Source of the DNA: Thermodesulfobacteriota bacterium
Lineage (GTDB): Bacteria; Desulfobacterota; Desulfobacteria; Desulfobacterales; C00003060
Reading direction: 5' to 3'
DNA length: 64,000 nt
Assembly: GCA_034189385.1 (NCBI GenBank)
Contig: JAXHVD010000006.1
Span: 112,300-176,299 of the forward strand
In this document: in pieces, positions 16,908-27,098 of the stretch
How the letters are laid out: the number at the start of each line of letters is the position of its first letter
Position numbering within the stretch: the stretch's first letter is position 1
Notes under the pieces: model-generated
The model's database searches: none
Told to the model about the DNA's origin: nothing
What the model saw: the letters and a program-made list of their open reading frames with translations, nothing else
Program-made: the position numbers and the translations under genes

Positions 16908-18029
16908 TCACACTATCCTGGGGAGAACATGTGCCTCGAGGTACGCTATGCATTCTTCCATCTGCTGGAGACATTGATCGCGCCACCGGCTTCTGAACTC
17001 AGCGTCTCTGAGCTCATGCCTTTGGAGCGTTCCTTCTGACAGGGACCTCACCGTGGCATCGGGCAGATCATCAGGCAAGTCTACCCCATTCATCATGGCC
17101 CAGGCCAAGGTCCAGGCCCGGGCCACGTTGGGCAAACTGTACCCTCCTCCCCCTAGCGCCACCCACGCTGGCGCCTGCTCTGCCAGGTAAGAGACCACCT
17201 TGCAAAAGCCATTTGTAGTCAGTTCAAGGCCTGCCAGGGGATCATCTTGGAAGGTGTCCACTCCCAACTGAGAGACAACCACATCCGGTTTAAACCCTCC
17301 CATCAGCCTCGGGACCAGGCACTCGAAGCCCTTCCAGAAGACATAATCATCCGAACCAGGAAGCATGGGCACGTTGACAGCATACCCCTTGCCCTCGCCA
17401 CTGCCTATTTCGTTAACTTGCCCTGTGCCCGGGAAAAGGGAGCGTCCATCCTGATGAAAGGACACGGTAAGGACCCTGGGATCTTCATAGAAGGCCCATT
17501 GCACCCCGTCGCCGTGGTGGGCGTCCACGTCCAGATACATGACCCGTTTCTCCTGATCCAGGAACCTCAAAATGGCCAAGACCGGATCATTCACGTAACA
17601 GAAGCCTGAGGCCCGGCTGGGGTGGGCATGATGGAGTCCGCCAGCGATGTTGAAAGCAATCCTTGCCTTTCCCTCAGAGACCATTTGGGCACATTGAAGC
17701 GAGGCTCCCGCATGTAGCCGGGACCATTCCCAAAGGCCTGAGAAAACAGGGTTATCCCCCGGTCCTATGGCGTGTGAAGGGGAACTGTGGATCTCTCCTG
17801 CGCCGGCCTGTTTTAAGACCTGCAAATAGTCCGGTGTGTGAAAGCGGAGGATGTCTGATTCAGAGGCGGCTTCCGTCTCAATCAGATCCCCATGAGGCAG
17901 CTCAAAAAGCCCATAGGCCTCACAAAGATCATAGGTCAGGCGAAGGCGTTCAATCTTGAGGGGATGATGTGCCCCGTAGTCATAGGCAAAGTATTCATCG
18001 GTGTAAAGAAAGGCAGTTCGGGATTTCAG
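16908..18029 (-). CDS. acuC: Acetoin utilization AcuC / class I histone deacetylase family protein, probable CTG start
   Basis: GGLHHA..ASGFCYVND, LDVDAHHGDG, SFHQ..FPGTG, QLGVD, GGGGY. The in-frame N-terminal extension LKSRTAFLYTDEYFAYDYGAHHPLKIERL is bounded upstream by TAA, with RBS AAGGAGGTG before CTG 18029. Confidence 0.9.
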   Translation of the reverse strand: MKSRTAFLYTDEYFAYDYGAHHPLKIERLRLTYDLCEAYGLFELPHGDLIETEAASESDILRFHTPDYLQVLKQAGAGEIHSSPSHAIGPGDNPVFSGLWEWSRLHAGASLQCAQMVSEGKARIAFNIAGGLHHAHPSRASGFCYVNDPVLAILRFLDQEKRVMYLDVDAHHGDGVQWAFYEDPRVLTVSFHQDGRSLFPGTGQVNEIGSGEGKGYAVNVPMLPGSDDYVFWKGFECLVPRLMGGFKPDVVVSQLGVDTFQDDPLAGLELTTNGFCKVVSYLAEQAPAWVALGGGGYSLPNVARAWTLAWAMMNGVDLPDDLPDATVRSLSEGTLQRHELRDAEFRSRWRDQCLQQMEECIAYLEAHVLPRIV

Positions 18030-18090
18030 CGTTTCACCTCCTTACAAAGCTCTTCGCCCCATGTGGCCCACCCCTTCGGCTGCCAGGTCT

Positions 18091-18669
18091 CTACCTGACA
18101 AAACGGTTGATGATGATGCCGTGGGCTTTGCCGAATTTCACGATCTTGCCTGGATCAAAGCCACCGGAGAGGTAGATCTCTCTAAACCCTGGATGCTCGA
18201 GGAGATGAAGGACGTAGCTTAGGTGTCCAGAATAACCGGTGTCATCTAGTTGCTGCAGGTCTCTGACGGCCCTTTTGGCCAATGCCATTGCCTGTCGATG
18301 GACTGTGGGGCCACGGCCGCGGCATTCGCGTATGGAGTAAAGCTGCCTGCAACTAAAGGGGCGGATGTCATAGATCAGACAGGTTTTGTCTCCTTTTAAG
18401 AAGGGGCACCGGGCAATAGGATGCTTTTCCTTCTCACGTTTGTTCTTGGCCAGTTTTCTTTTGATCTGACGCTTAAGGGATGGCGGAAAGCTCCCAATCC
18501 TTTTCCAGATGATCAGCCCCTCCAATGTATTGGTATCGATATTGCCCACATCTGTGCAGCAATAGGTGCAGCCTATCTTACAGATAGCCTGTCTCTTGAA
18601 CTCCTCCGCATCCCTTTCAAAGCGTTCATAGACCTCTATCAACTTCTCCTTCTTTGCATCCCACTTCAT
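18091..18669 (-). CDS. YkgJ-family (CxxCxxCC) cysteine-cluster protein
   Basis: ICKIGCTYCC...CPFL...CLIYDIRPFSCR; start moved to ATG 18669. Confidence 0.85.
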   Translation of the reverse strand: MKWDAKKEKLIEVYERFERDAEEFKRQAICKIGCTYCCTDVGNIDTNTLEGLIIWKRIGSFPPSLKRQIKRKLAKNKREKEKHPIARCPFLKGDKTCLIYDIRPFSCRQLYSIRECRGRGPTVHRQAMALAKRAVRDLQQLDDTGYSGHLSYVLHLLEHPGFREIYLSGGFDPGKIVKFGKAHGIIINRFVR

Positions 18670-18861
18670 GGGCTTTTTTGTCTCTGGCAGCGCCTTTCTT
18701 GATAAACATGTGCCCCCCGCATTCTTTCGCTCATTGATGAGGGCACCACTATTTCCTTGTTCACCGGGCCGTGTCCAGTGCCCCCTGAAGGCTGCGCGCG
18801 GTTGCCCGAACACAGTCGTAGCCGAGTCGCCGGCGCCTGCTTTACCTCTCATTTATCGGCA

Positions 18862-19194
18862 CTATTTCCAGTGGCCCGGTATCCAATGGCCTCCCCGCCC
18901 ATAGTGTCCTGGCACCCAATGGGCATTGGGGTTAGGACGGGCCAGCTTTCTCCAGTGTCCTGGCACCCAGTTGCCATTCCGGTCATTGTGCCCTGGTACC
19001 CAGATTTTTCCCCTCTTTTGAGGCCCTGTATATTTCCAATGGCCGGGCACAACATTCCCCTGTGGGCTCACGTGAGGTTCCACCCAGAGGAAATGTGGCC
19101 CTGGCTTGGGAGGTTTGGCATGGCAAGATGACGAAAAAACAAAGGGCAAGATGATGATGAAGACCAACACAACGTAGTTTATTCGTTTTGGCAT
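18862..19194 (-). CDS. Small lipoprotein with WXXGXW (WVPGHW) repeats
   Basis: Signal peptide ending SSSC; repeats VVPGHW, WVPGHN, WVPGHW, WVPGHY, WIPGHW; RBS AGGAG. Confidence 0.85.
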   Translation of the reverse strand: MPKRINYVVLVFIIILPFVFSSSCHAKPPKPGPHFLWVEPHVSPQGNVVPGHWKYTGPQKRGKIWVPGHNDRNGNWVPGHWRKLARPNPNAHWVPGHYGRGGHWIPGHWK

Positions 19195-19310
19195 GGTATT
19201 CTCCTAGACGAGTCTAATCACAATTTGGTGCAACCGGCCCTATTCTGAATGACGTCCCGTCATTGGTCACAACTCAACCGTTACTGTCTTCTTCTATGAG
19301 AGTATCGTCT

Positions 19311-20273
19311 CTAGTAAGAGCCAAATTCCTCAATTTCTTCCTTCGCAATCTGGGTAACCCACAAATCGCCAAGATTGGCTACGCGGCGAATCTTTTCTTC
19401 CTCTGTATTGCCTTCATCAAGGCTGTTAAAAAAGCCTACGCGCAGCCTCATCCATTCCTTGCCTTTTATCTCAACGCGGGCGATATAAACCTTATACCCA
19501 TTTTCGATCAGCCTAATGGCCACAGGGACCATCCTCTTCTCGTCCGTGGTAGACAGGACATTCACCACCCATTTCTTTTTCAGCTGGCTTTCCAGATTGG
19601 CCTTTTTCTCATCAGGAGAGAGAACCTTGAGCCGAAATCCCTCGGGAACCTTCTTGTTCAAAACGTCATCTCCCAGATTCAACGCCCCGAGCATCTCCTT
19701 GTTGAGGCGATAGAGGATAGGCCATTTTTGAGGGTCTCCAAATACATCCTCCTTGGCTGCTATGGCAGGCAGTGCTTCAGCCTTCCAAACAAAAAAGAAC
19801 CCGGCCATTTTCTCCGTTTCTTCTACTTGTTTGCTGATATCAACGGCCGGGGTCTTTAGCCCCTTTTCTTCAAGGACGGAAACTTTCTCGCCCATTGCTT
19901 CCTTGATCTCTTCTGGGGTTTCTGGTCCTTTACCTGTAGGTGGAATCTTGGTGGGTGCTGAAGTCGGTTTTGGCTCATGGTGACGAACTATATCTTGCAC
20001 TGTCCTATTTTCCTCTCCAGGAGTAGGTCCGAGGGCCTTCAGTGCTTCTTCTAGACTGGCGATTTCTGCCTCTATCGTCTCGGGCGCTCTATCACCTGAC
20101 TTTGCCTCTTTGCCGGGCAACGCCCCTCCTCTCTGTTCAGGAATGGCCTTCCTTACGGGCTTTACCACCTTAGCGCTCTTGGCTTGAGGTGGGGGCGGTT
20201 CTTCCCTTGAACACCCCAGAAAACACAAAAAAAGTGCCAGGCAGATAAGCATTGCAGTTGCTGAAATCCTCAT
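19311..20273 (-). CDS. Lipoprotein with low-complexity linker, degenerate LysM-like and SPOR domains
   Basis: LFLCFLGC lipobox after RBS AAGGAGG; IAAKEDVFGDPQKWPILYRLN (LysM-like); WVVNVLS...W.RLRVGFF (SPOR). Confidence 0.8.
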   Translation of the reverse strand: MRISATAMLICLALFLCFLGCSREEPPPPQAKSAKVVKPVRKAIPEQRGGALPGKEAKSGDRAPETIEAEIASLEEALKALGPTPGEENRTVQDIVRHHEPKPTSAPTKIPPTGKGPETPEEIKEAMGEKVSVLEEKGLKTPAVDISKQVEETEKMAGFFFVWKAEALPAIAAKEDVFGDPQKWPILYRLNKEMLGALNLGDDVLNKKVPEGFRLKVLSPDEKKANLESQLKKKWVVNVLSTTDEKRMVPVAIRLIENGYKVYIARVEIKGKEWMRLRVGFFNSLDEGNTEEEKIRRVANLGDLWVTQIAKEEIEEFGSY

Positions 20274-20356
20274 GATGCCCTCCTTTGGCAGTTCAAAGAA
20301 GATAAAACTGCAGAAAGTCTCTTCCCGGTCCATCAAACAAGACTGTGACCAAACCA

Positions 20357-21241
20357 TCAACCTTGATTCTGTAAAAAATCTACATACCCCTTTACGGAAT
20401 TACTCATGAAGAGCCTTTCCCTTTTCTGGATATCAGGGGACATAACCTGAAAGGCTTTCAAATCGGGGTCCTTTTCCAGAAGGGCCTCCACACATCTCGT
20501 GATGAGATCATCATGACCGCCCAACATCTCCTTTTCAATAACCTCCTTCCACCTAAAGATCTGAGCCCGAAACCGCTCCAGCATTTCATGAGAACTGGGG
20601 GCACCCCCACAATGGGCATAGCAAATATGCTGGTCTTCCAGGGCTTTCAGTTTATCCAGACTCCCCAAAAAGACTTCCAGAAAAAATCTTGGAGGAGTGG
20701 CTGGCCGCAAGTAATCTGTGTCCATAATAGAATAATAGTTGCCAGCGGCCTCACCAGAAAAGAGCATCTCGCCATAACTGAAGCTGAGGTGGTGCGCGGC
20801 GTGTCCTGGCGTCTCAATCACGCGAAGCTCCTTGATATTGGCCTCTTTGTGGGCAAGGCACCTTTCTTCTTGCACCGGCCCAGGACGACCATAGGCCAGG
20901 GCAACCTCTCCGAGCATCTTTCGGCTACCCTCCCATAGCTTGGAGGGTTCCACAATGTGCCTTTTGCCCTTTTCGTGACACACTGCCTGGGCCATGGGGA
21001 AATGCTCCAGGAATTTGGCCAGCCCGCCCCCATGGTCGAGATGTATATGGGTGATCAGCACATAATCCACCCTGTCTATACCCATCTTTGCAAGGGTTTC
21101 AATCAAATTGTTCACGGAACTCGCCGGACCCACATCTACTACAAAAGTGATATTGCCCCTGTACACCCAGGATCCAATGAAATGATCAAAACCGGGCATG
21201 GCCTGCTTGATCTTTATGAGCGTGCAATTGTGTGCTTCCAA
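20357..21241 (-). CDS. Metallo-beta-lactamase-fold hydrolase
   Basis: VDVGP, THIHLDHGGG, TPGHAAHH, YAH. Confidence 0.92.
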   Translation of the reverse strand: MEAHNCTLIKIKQAMPGFDHFIGSWVYRGNITFVVDVGPASSVNNLIETLAKMGIDRVDYVLITHIHLDHGGGLAKFLEHFPMAQAVCHEKGKRHIVEPSKLWEGSRKMLGEVALAYGRPGPVQEERCLAHKEANIKELRVIETPGHAAHHLSFSYGEMLFSGEAAGNYYSIMDTDYLRPATPPRFFLEVFLGSLDKLKALEDQHICYAHCGGAPSSHEMLERFRAQIFRWKEVIEKEMLGGHDDLITRCVEALLEKDPDLKAFQVMSPDIQKRERLFMSNSVKGYVDFLQNQG

Positions 21242-21427
21242 AAGATCCGCCTTGTGAATATGCTACCCGACCCTATGGAACTCGGTAAGTGCTCAGACAA
21301 GCAACATGCAACGGCCAACGCTATGTCAAACTGTAGAATATCAAACCGTAAGTGTGGAAGCGCAGAACCATGGTTTACGTTTTTCCGGTGAGTTAGGCCA
21401 GGCCTCCTCATCTGAGCGTCCATTCGC

Positions 21428-21880
21428 TCAGGGACCCATCCGAGGTTCTAAGAGGGCGAGTCCGCTCTCTTTGTCCTTCAAGCGAGTGGCCCGTGCCTCA
21501 AGGATTTCATACAAGATGACTTCGCCTACCAACCATGTAGAAACTCCTGGCCTCAGGCATCCCGTCATGGTTTGTCCCGACCGACCCAGACAAGCGTGTA
21601 TGTGCAGCACGGACTTGCCATCCTGCCCAGGAGCCAGGAGGCCTACCCCGAGCACCTCATGGGCGCCGTCTACGGGCAGCAGCATCGGGTCCGGGGGCCT
21701 TTCGTTAGAAAGCCGTGGTCCAACCACCACCTGTCCCCCTCCGACGCCCCCCAGTAAAACCACGTGGCCCATGGAAACGCCATGGACCTTGGCAAAATCT
21801 TCAATGCACAGCGGAATCGCATCCCCATCTTCCAGGCGGATGACAAAAACCCGGCCCATTCGTCCTTCACTTGCCTTCAC
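21428..21880 (-). CDS. PPC-domain (DUF296) putative DNA-binding protein
   Basis: GRVFVIRLEDGD...LHIHACLGR...GCLR; probable GTG start at 21880. Confidence 0.88.
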   Translation of the reverse strand: MKASEGRMGRVFVIRLEDGDAIPLCIEDFAKVHGVSMGHVVLLGGVGGGQVVVGPRLSNERPPDPMLLPVDGAHEVLGVGLLAPGQDGKSVLHIHACLGRSGQTMTGCLRPGVSTWLVGEVILYEILEARATRLKDKESGLALLEPRMGP

Positions 21881-22183
21881 GATCAGGTTCCTTACCTTCC
21901 AATCCACTGTTTAACGTTTAGAAGTTGAGGCAACCCTCTCTCATGGGGAGCCAAACAGCCATTTCCATCTAAACCGACAGCATGACTCAACGCCTTTGGA
22001 TGCCAAAGAGAGGCGCTTGTCCCTGTCCTGAGTGTTTGCCCAAGAATACAAGATACGATTTTCCAATCTTATGTATGCATTCCAAGGCCCTTATGAAGGC
22101 CTCAGGAGCCCGGGGCCACCATACACCAAGAAGCATCTCATTTCAATCTGCCTGTCATTATATTCTTCTGCCGTTTTAACAGC

Positions 22184-23347
22184 TTATCCTAAAGCCTTTA
22201 CGATTAAAGGAATGGCCACAAAGGTCCCCGCGGAACTTCCTATGTTGGTAAACACCACGACAAGCAATATCCGCGTAATTTTATTCCTCCAGAACCCCTT
22301 CACCGACGAAATATCTTCGGGCAGGTTCTCGAAGTCCTTGACCTTTGGTTTTCCCAAAAAGACTTCAACCAAGCCAGAAACCCAGCCTGCCGCAATCATG
22401 GGATTGAGAGATGTGAGGGGAGAGGCAACAATGGCGGAGAGCACGGTGAGGGGGTGGGCTAGTGCAATCGCGGCTCCAAGGCCTGCCAAGACGGCATTTG
22501 CCAGAACCCACCATTTGATCATCGCCGCACCTGCTGCAGCGCCTGCAGTGAAGAAGCCCAGGATAATGAGCCCCACGATGAGCGCTGGAATGGCCCACTT
22601 CAGCACGCCAAACAGCTTGCCCCTTGGAGGTATTTGCTCCAGTAGGTCCATATCCACAGCCTCTTGCCAATGTCTTTGAATGCCCGGCACGTGTCCCGCG
22701 CCAACGACAGCGACAATCTTTTTCCCTGGCGCGGTTCTGATCTTGTGGGCAAGATAGAGGTCTCGTTCGTCAATGACGACCCGTCTTAATTCAGGCAAGG
22801 CCTCCCCAATCTCTGAAAGAAGCATTTCAAGGACGTCCTTCTTTTTCAACTCCTCAACATCTTCCTCTTCAATGTCACTCCATTCCCCTGATGAGACCAG
22901 GAGCTGGGCAAAGAGCTTCGTCTTTGTCCACAGGCCCATAAGGCGCCAGGTTCTTGAAAGGGTGGTGCGTATCTCCCTGTCCGCCAATTCAATGTGAGCC
23001 CCGGCCGTCTCGGCCGCCTGAATGGCCCTGATCATTTCCTCTCCCGGCTTGATGCCGAGCTTTTGGCCAATTCTCTTTTGAAAATGGGCCAACATGAGAT
23101 TCAGCAGGAGGAGGAAAGCCCTTTTTTCCTTAATCACCTTCAGGAGGTCTGTGTTTTGCCATCGGTTCTTCTGGGTAATGGACTGAAATCGTGATTTGCA
23201 GAGTTCAACGCACACCGTATCCGGTTCTTCTTCTTTGATGACCTGGTCCACCAGATCAGCACTTTCCCTGGACACATGGGCTGTCCCCACGAGGATGATC
23301 TCTTTGTCTTCATATGTCAGTCTATGGATGTCACCGGTTGTGGTCAT
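22184..23347 (-). CDS. TraB/GumN (pheromone shutdown) family protein
   Basis: LVGTAHVSRES, VCVELC, PGEEM, LADR, IDERD, VAVVGAGH, C-terminal TM helices. Confidence 0.93.
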   Translation of the reverse strand: MTTTGDIHRLTYEDKEIILVGTAHVSRESADLVDQVIKEEEPDTVCVELCKSRFQSITQKNRWQNTDLLKVIKEKRAFLLLLNLMLAHFQKRIGQKLGIKPGEEMIRAIQAAETAGAHIELADREIRTTLSRTWRLMGLWTKTKLFAQLLVSSGEWSDIEEEDVEELKKKDVLEMLLSEIGEALPELRRVVIDERDLYLAHKIRTAPGKKIVAVVGAGHVPGIQRHWQEAVDMDLLEQIPPRGKLFGVLKWAIPALIVGLIILGFFTAGAAAGAAMIKWWVLANAVLAGLGAAIALAHPLTVLSAIVASPLTSLNPMIAAGWVSGLVEVFLGKPKVKDFENLPEDISSVKGFWRNKITRILLVVVFTNIGSSAGTFVAIPLIVKALG

Positions 23348-23524
23348 GAGTTAAGTAGTCAGACTCCTTTCGGAACAGTGCATGTGAAAGATTTTTGCTT
23401 GTAGCCCAAATTCATTCGCCCTTGTCCAAGGTCCGTCATGAGTGGAAACTGAAAGAGGATGGTACAATACTGGTTTGGACGTGAGAATTCAAGCGGCAAC
23501 TGGGCGGTCTTATAATGATGTGTC

Positions 23525-23735
23525 AAAGATCCCGAGCTCTTTGCCCCAGGAAGGTGTCCCCATGCAGTCCTGTACTGCGACTGGTATTGCCTGAGAGACT
23601 ATGTAGATGCCTTTTCGTGGCAAAAGGGAGCCGTCTGGTTTCACGTGGCAAGCGCGGAAGCCACTGCGCTGAGGACCTTCGGTAGTGATGTGTGGTCTGA
23701 GCACTTGATTGAAAAAGGGGGGCGCTGCCACCAGC
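23525..23735 (+). pseudogene. Internal fragment of a TIGR03790-like gene
   Basis: Start-less frame KDPELFAPGRCPHAVLYCDWYCLRDYVDAFSWQKGAVWFHVASAEATALRTFGSDVWSEHLIEKG(AAT after a shift). It resembles, from memory, the ELFxPGxCPxAALYCGWYS..YVDAFxW..GAVGYHIAS.E..TL...S.VW...LE.G.AAT core. Confidence 0.65.
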
Positions 23736-23750
23736 CATCTCCTTTTTGTC

Positions 23751-24257
23751 TCACGCCTCTTCCTGCTGCAACATGGCTAGCTCTTGTTCCCCTATGGTCT
23801 CGATGATCAGGTGGCCCAGGATTATTGCCGTGCTGCGGAGAACCTCCGCGCAGTCTTCCCTCCTGCCGTCAACTTTGAAGGCCTTCACATCTTCCGGATC
23901 AAGCCAGTTTGTCTTTGACGCCCCGCTGCAAATGACGGTGCCTCGAGACGCCTCCATCATTTCCCTAAAGCGCTTGTACATGATCCGTGCTGTGGGCCCG
24001 ACACGGCCATCTTCGATCTCCTCTGGATTGGCACGGCCGAAAAGATCGCCTATGACGGCCAGTGCCCCCACAAGGCAGCTGCACGTGTCTCCACAAAACC
24101 CAAGGCCCGCCGCATAGCCTCCTGCTGCGCGGATCGCGCTATTGGGATCCATTTCACCTATGAATTCCAGCCCTGCTGTCACAATAGCCTGGCTGCAGAG
24201 CATCTTCTGTTTGTTGAAGATCTCCACAGCTTTTTCTGCCATCTGTTCTGGTGTCAT
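23751..24257 (-). CDS. C-GCAxxG-C-C family putative redox-active protein
   Basis: LCSQAI...GLGFCGDTCSCLVGA...VICS...DCAE; RBS AAGGAG before ATG 24257. Confidence 0.85.
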   Translation of the reverse strand: MTPEQMAEKAVEIFNKQKMLCSQAIVTAGLEFIGEMDPNSAIRAAGGYAAGLGFCGDTCSCLVGALAVIGDLFGRANPEEIEDGRVGPTARIMYKRFREMMEASRGTVICSGASKTNWLDPEDVKAFKVDGRREDCAEVLRSTAIILGHLIIETIGEQELAMLQQEEA

Positions 24258-24541
24258 CGTCAATCTCCTTTACGTGAAAGGTATGGTCCATATACTGTTA
24301 TTCCTTTGGGAGCAATCGCTTTTTATGCCAAAAGGCCCATCAAGCATGCCTCTGTAAATAGAGGGCGCACGTAAGCCTAGCTTTCCCAAGGATCTTCTGA
24401 TATGTTTCACGTCTTTATGCCAGGTCGAGTGTGGGCATTCATTACTGTGTCTTTTGGAATAGGCCCGAGAACAAGGTGGCTTCTGTCACCATGGGCCTTT
24501 ACACTTTCATTTCGTTTGAATTTTGAATAAGGAGGGCTGCC

Positions 24542-26419
24542 ATGCATCCCCTGTTGACGCCTGAGATTGGGAAGAGACTTCTCCTGTTGGGAAACGAGGC
24601 CATCGTCAGAGGCGCCCTTGAGGCCGGCCTGGGGTTTGCCACGTGCTATCCCGGCACACCATCCTCTGAGATAGGAGACAACTTTTTTCGCATAGCTGCT
24701 GAATCAGACCTCTACTTCGAATATTCCACCAACGAGAAGGTGGCCCTGGAGACGGCTGCGGGAGCGGCTGTCTCTGGAATTCGGACCATGTGCAGCATGA
24801 AACACGTGGGCCTCAACGTTGCCGCCGATCCCCTCATGACTCTGGCCTATGTGGGCGTGCGGGCAGGTATGGTGGTCATCACTGCCGATGACCCTTCCAT
24901 GTTCTCGAGCCAAAACGAGCAGGACAATCGCCTCTATGCAAGGCTGTCGGGTCTTCCAATGCTGGAACCCACCTCAGCCCAAGAGGCCAAAGACATGACC
25001 AAAGCGGCCTTTGAGATCTCCGAGGCCTTGGAGCTGCCCGTGCTTCTTAGGACTACCACCCGTTTGAGCCATTATCGCGGCATGGTGACCATGGAAGAGC
25101 TTAGACCTTCAAAGACAAGGGGGGCCTTTGAAAAGGACAGCGCCCGATTTGTCACTGTCCCTGCCAACGCCAGGGTGCGCCACAAGGTGCTTGTGGATCA
25201 GGGGGAAAAGGCGCGGGAGATGGCCTGTCAATCTCCCTTCAATACTATCACTGGAGAAGGCCCAGGGGGTATTGTAACCAGTGCTATGGCTTACGACTAC
25301 GTGGCCGATGCAGTGATGGATCTCGGCCTGGCCGACAAGGTGAAGATGCTGAAGCTAGGTTTCACACATCCCTTTCCCCAAGACCTGGCACTGGGCTTCA
25401 TAAGATCCGTGGAAAGGATCCTGGTGGTAGAAGAACTTGAGCCTATCCTGGAAGAAAGCTTGAAGGTAGTCGCCCAGACCCATGGCCTATCTACACCGAT
25501 CGCCGGTAAAGGGGCCGACCTGTTTTCACGCCTTTATGAATACAATCCCGGCATGGTCCGCGCGACGATAGCAAAGTACTTCGGCGTAGACTACACCCCG
25601 CCGAAGGCCATTGACATAAGAGAGGCCGAGGAACCGATTCAGCTACCACTTCGGCCGCCCAATCTGTGTGCTGGCTGTCCCCATCGTGCCTCCTATTATG
25701 CAGTCAACAGTGTGTTAAAGGAAACGGGCACAGAAGCGGTCTTCCCTTCTGATATTGGATGTTACACTCTTGGCATTTTGCCTCCCCTGCAAACGGCTGA
25801 TTTCCTCGTATGCATGGGGTCCAGTGTCACTTCGGCTGCGGGCATTTCCAGGGCAACAGGGAAAAAGGTTATCGCCTTCATCGGTGATTCAACGTTTTTC
25901 CACTCTGGAATCACCGGCCTGGTCAATGCCGTGCACAACCAGCACAATTTCATCCTTGTCATACTCGACAACGGCACGACGGCCATGACAGGTCATCAAC
26001 CCCATCCAGGCGTGGAAATAGCCCCCCAGGGATGGGAGAAACCCTCTATCTCTATCGAGGCCATTGTCAGGGCCTGCGGCGTTGAGCAGGTGAGCGTAGT
26101 GAATCCTATCAACCTGACAAAGATGAAGAATGCGGTCAAGGAAGCCCTGGCCTCTGACAGGCTTTCCGTGATTGTGGCCAAGGCCCCCTGCCCTCTTTAC
26201 GAGCGGAAGGTCAAGGGCACAAAGAAAAAACGGGCCTTTGAGGTGGGCCCTGAATGTAATACCGACTGCACGGAATGCGTGGACACCTTTGGATGCCCTG
26301 CCCTTTTTAAGAACCCGGCGGCAGATGCCAAAACCACGATGATCATTGACGAGCGTTTGTGTATCGGCTGCGGGGTGTGTATCCAAATCTGCAAGAAGAT
26401 ACGACCAAAAAAAGTGTAG
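24542..26419 (+). CDS. iorA: Indolepyruvate:ferredoxin oxidoreductase alpha subunit
   Basis: LLGNEAIVRGA, YPGTPSSEI, NEKVALE, KHVGLNVAADP, SSQNEQD, RPPNLCAGCPHR, DIGCYTLG, IGDSTFFHSG, C-terminal ferredoxin motifs. Confidence 0.96.
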   Translation: MHPLLTPEIGKRLLLLGNEAIVRGALEAGLGFATCYPGTPSSEIGDNFFRIAAESDLYFEYSTNEKVALETAAGAAVSGIRTMCSMKHVGLNVAADPLMTLAYVGVRAGMVVITADDPSMFSSQNEQDNRLYARLSGLPMLEPTSAQEAKDMTKAAFEISEALELPVLLRTTTRLSHYRGMVTMEELRPSKTRGAFEKDSARFVTVPANARVRHKVLVDQGEKAREMACQSPFNTITGEGPGGIVTSAMAYDYVADAVMDLGLADKVKMLKLGFTHPFPQDLALGFIRSVERILVVEELEPILEESLKVVAQTHGLSTPIAGKGADLFSRLYEYNPGMVRATIAKYFGVDYTPPKAIDIREAEEPIQLPLRPPNLCAGCPHRASYYAVNSVLKETGTEAVFPSDIGCYTLGILPPLQTADFLVCMGSSVTSAAGISRATGKKVIAFIGDSTFFHSGITGLVNAVHNQHNFILVILDNGTTAMTGHQPHPGVEIAPQGWEKPSISIEAIVRACGVEQVSVVNPINLTKMKNAVKEALASDRLSVIVAKAPCPLYERKVKGTKKKRAFEVGPECNTDCTECVDTFGCPALFKNPAADAKTTMIIDERLCIGCGVCIQICKKIRPKKV

Positions 26420-26513
26420 CTTGGCCCGGGATCGGGCATCTATTATCTAATGGCGGGGACAAAGGCCTTAGGTCTCTCGCCCAACTTGGATTGACCTAGA
26501 AAGGAAGTCTTCT

Positions 26514-27098
26514 ATGAGCGACCACCGTATATGCTTCATAGGGGTTGGCGGACAAGGAACCCTCTTGGCCACCATGGTCCTGGCCGAGGCGGCCATTTCG
26601 GCCGGTCACAACGTTCTGGCCAGTGAGGTCCACGGCATGGCCCAGCGGGGTGGCGTCGTGGAATCCTCGGTGATGATGGGCAACATTAAAAGCCCTATTA
26701 TTTCAGATGGGGAAGCAGACGTGCTTCTTGGGTTTGAACCGGTGGAAACCTACAGGGCCATGGGCAAGTGTTCCCATGATTCCATCGTTGTTTCCAATAC
26801 GGTTCCGGTCATGCCCTTTAGCGTGGCCATTGGTAAAGGCGCGTACCCCGACATTGACAAGCTATTTTCCTTCATTCAGCCCCGCGTGAAAACACTCATC
26901 ACCTTGGACGCCCGTGCCCTGGCCGAGGAGGCAGGTGCTGCCCTCTCAGCCAACGTGGTCATGGTGGGCGCCCTGGCCGGCAGCGGTGCGCTGCCCATTC
27001 CCAAAGAGGCCTTTGAGGAAACCATTCGCACGAAGACAAAGGCCCAGTTTGCCGAGGTGAATCTAAAGGCCTTCCAGCTGGGCTTCGGAGCACTGTGA
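26514..27098 (+). CDS. iorB: Indolepyruvate:ferredoxin oxidoreductase beta subunit
   Basis: [30 protein letters not shown]. Confidence 0.96.
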   Translation: MSDHRICFIGVGGQGTLLATMVLAEAAISAGHNVLASEVHGMAQRGGVVESSVMMGNIKSPIISDGEADVLLGFEPVETYRAMGKCSHDSIVVSNTVPVMPFSVAIGKGAYPDIDKLFSFIQPRVKTLITLDARALAEEAGAALSANVVMVGALAGSGALPIPKEAFEETIRTKTKAQFAEVNLKAFQLGFGAL

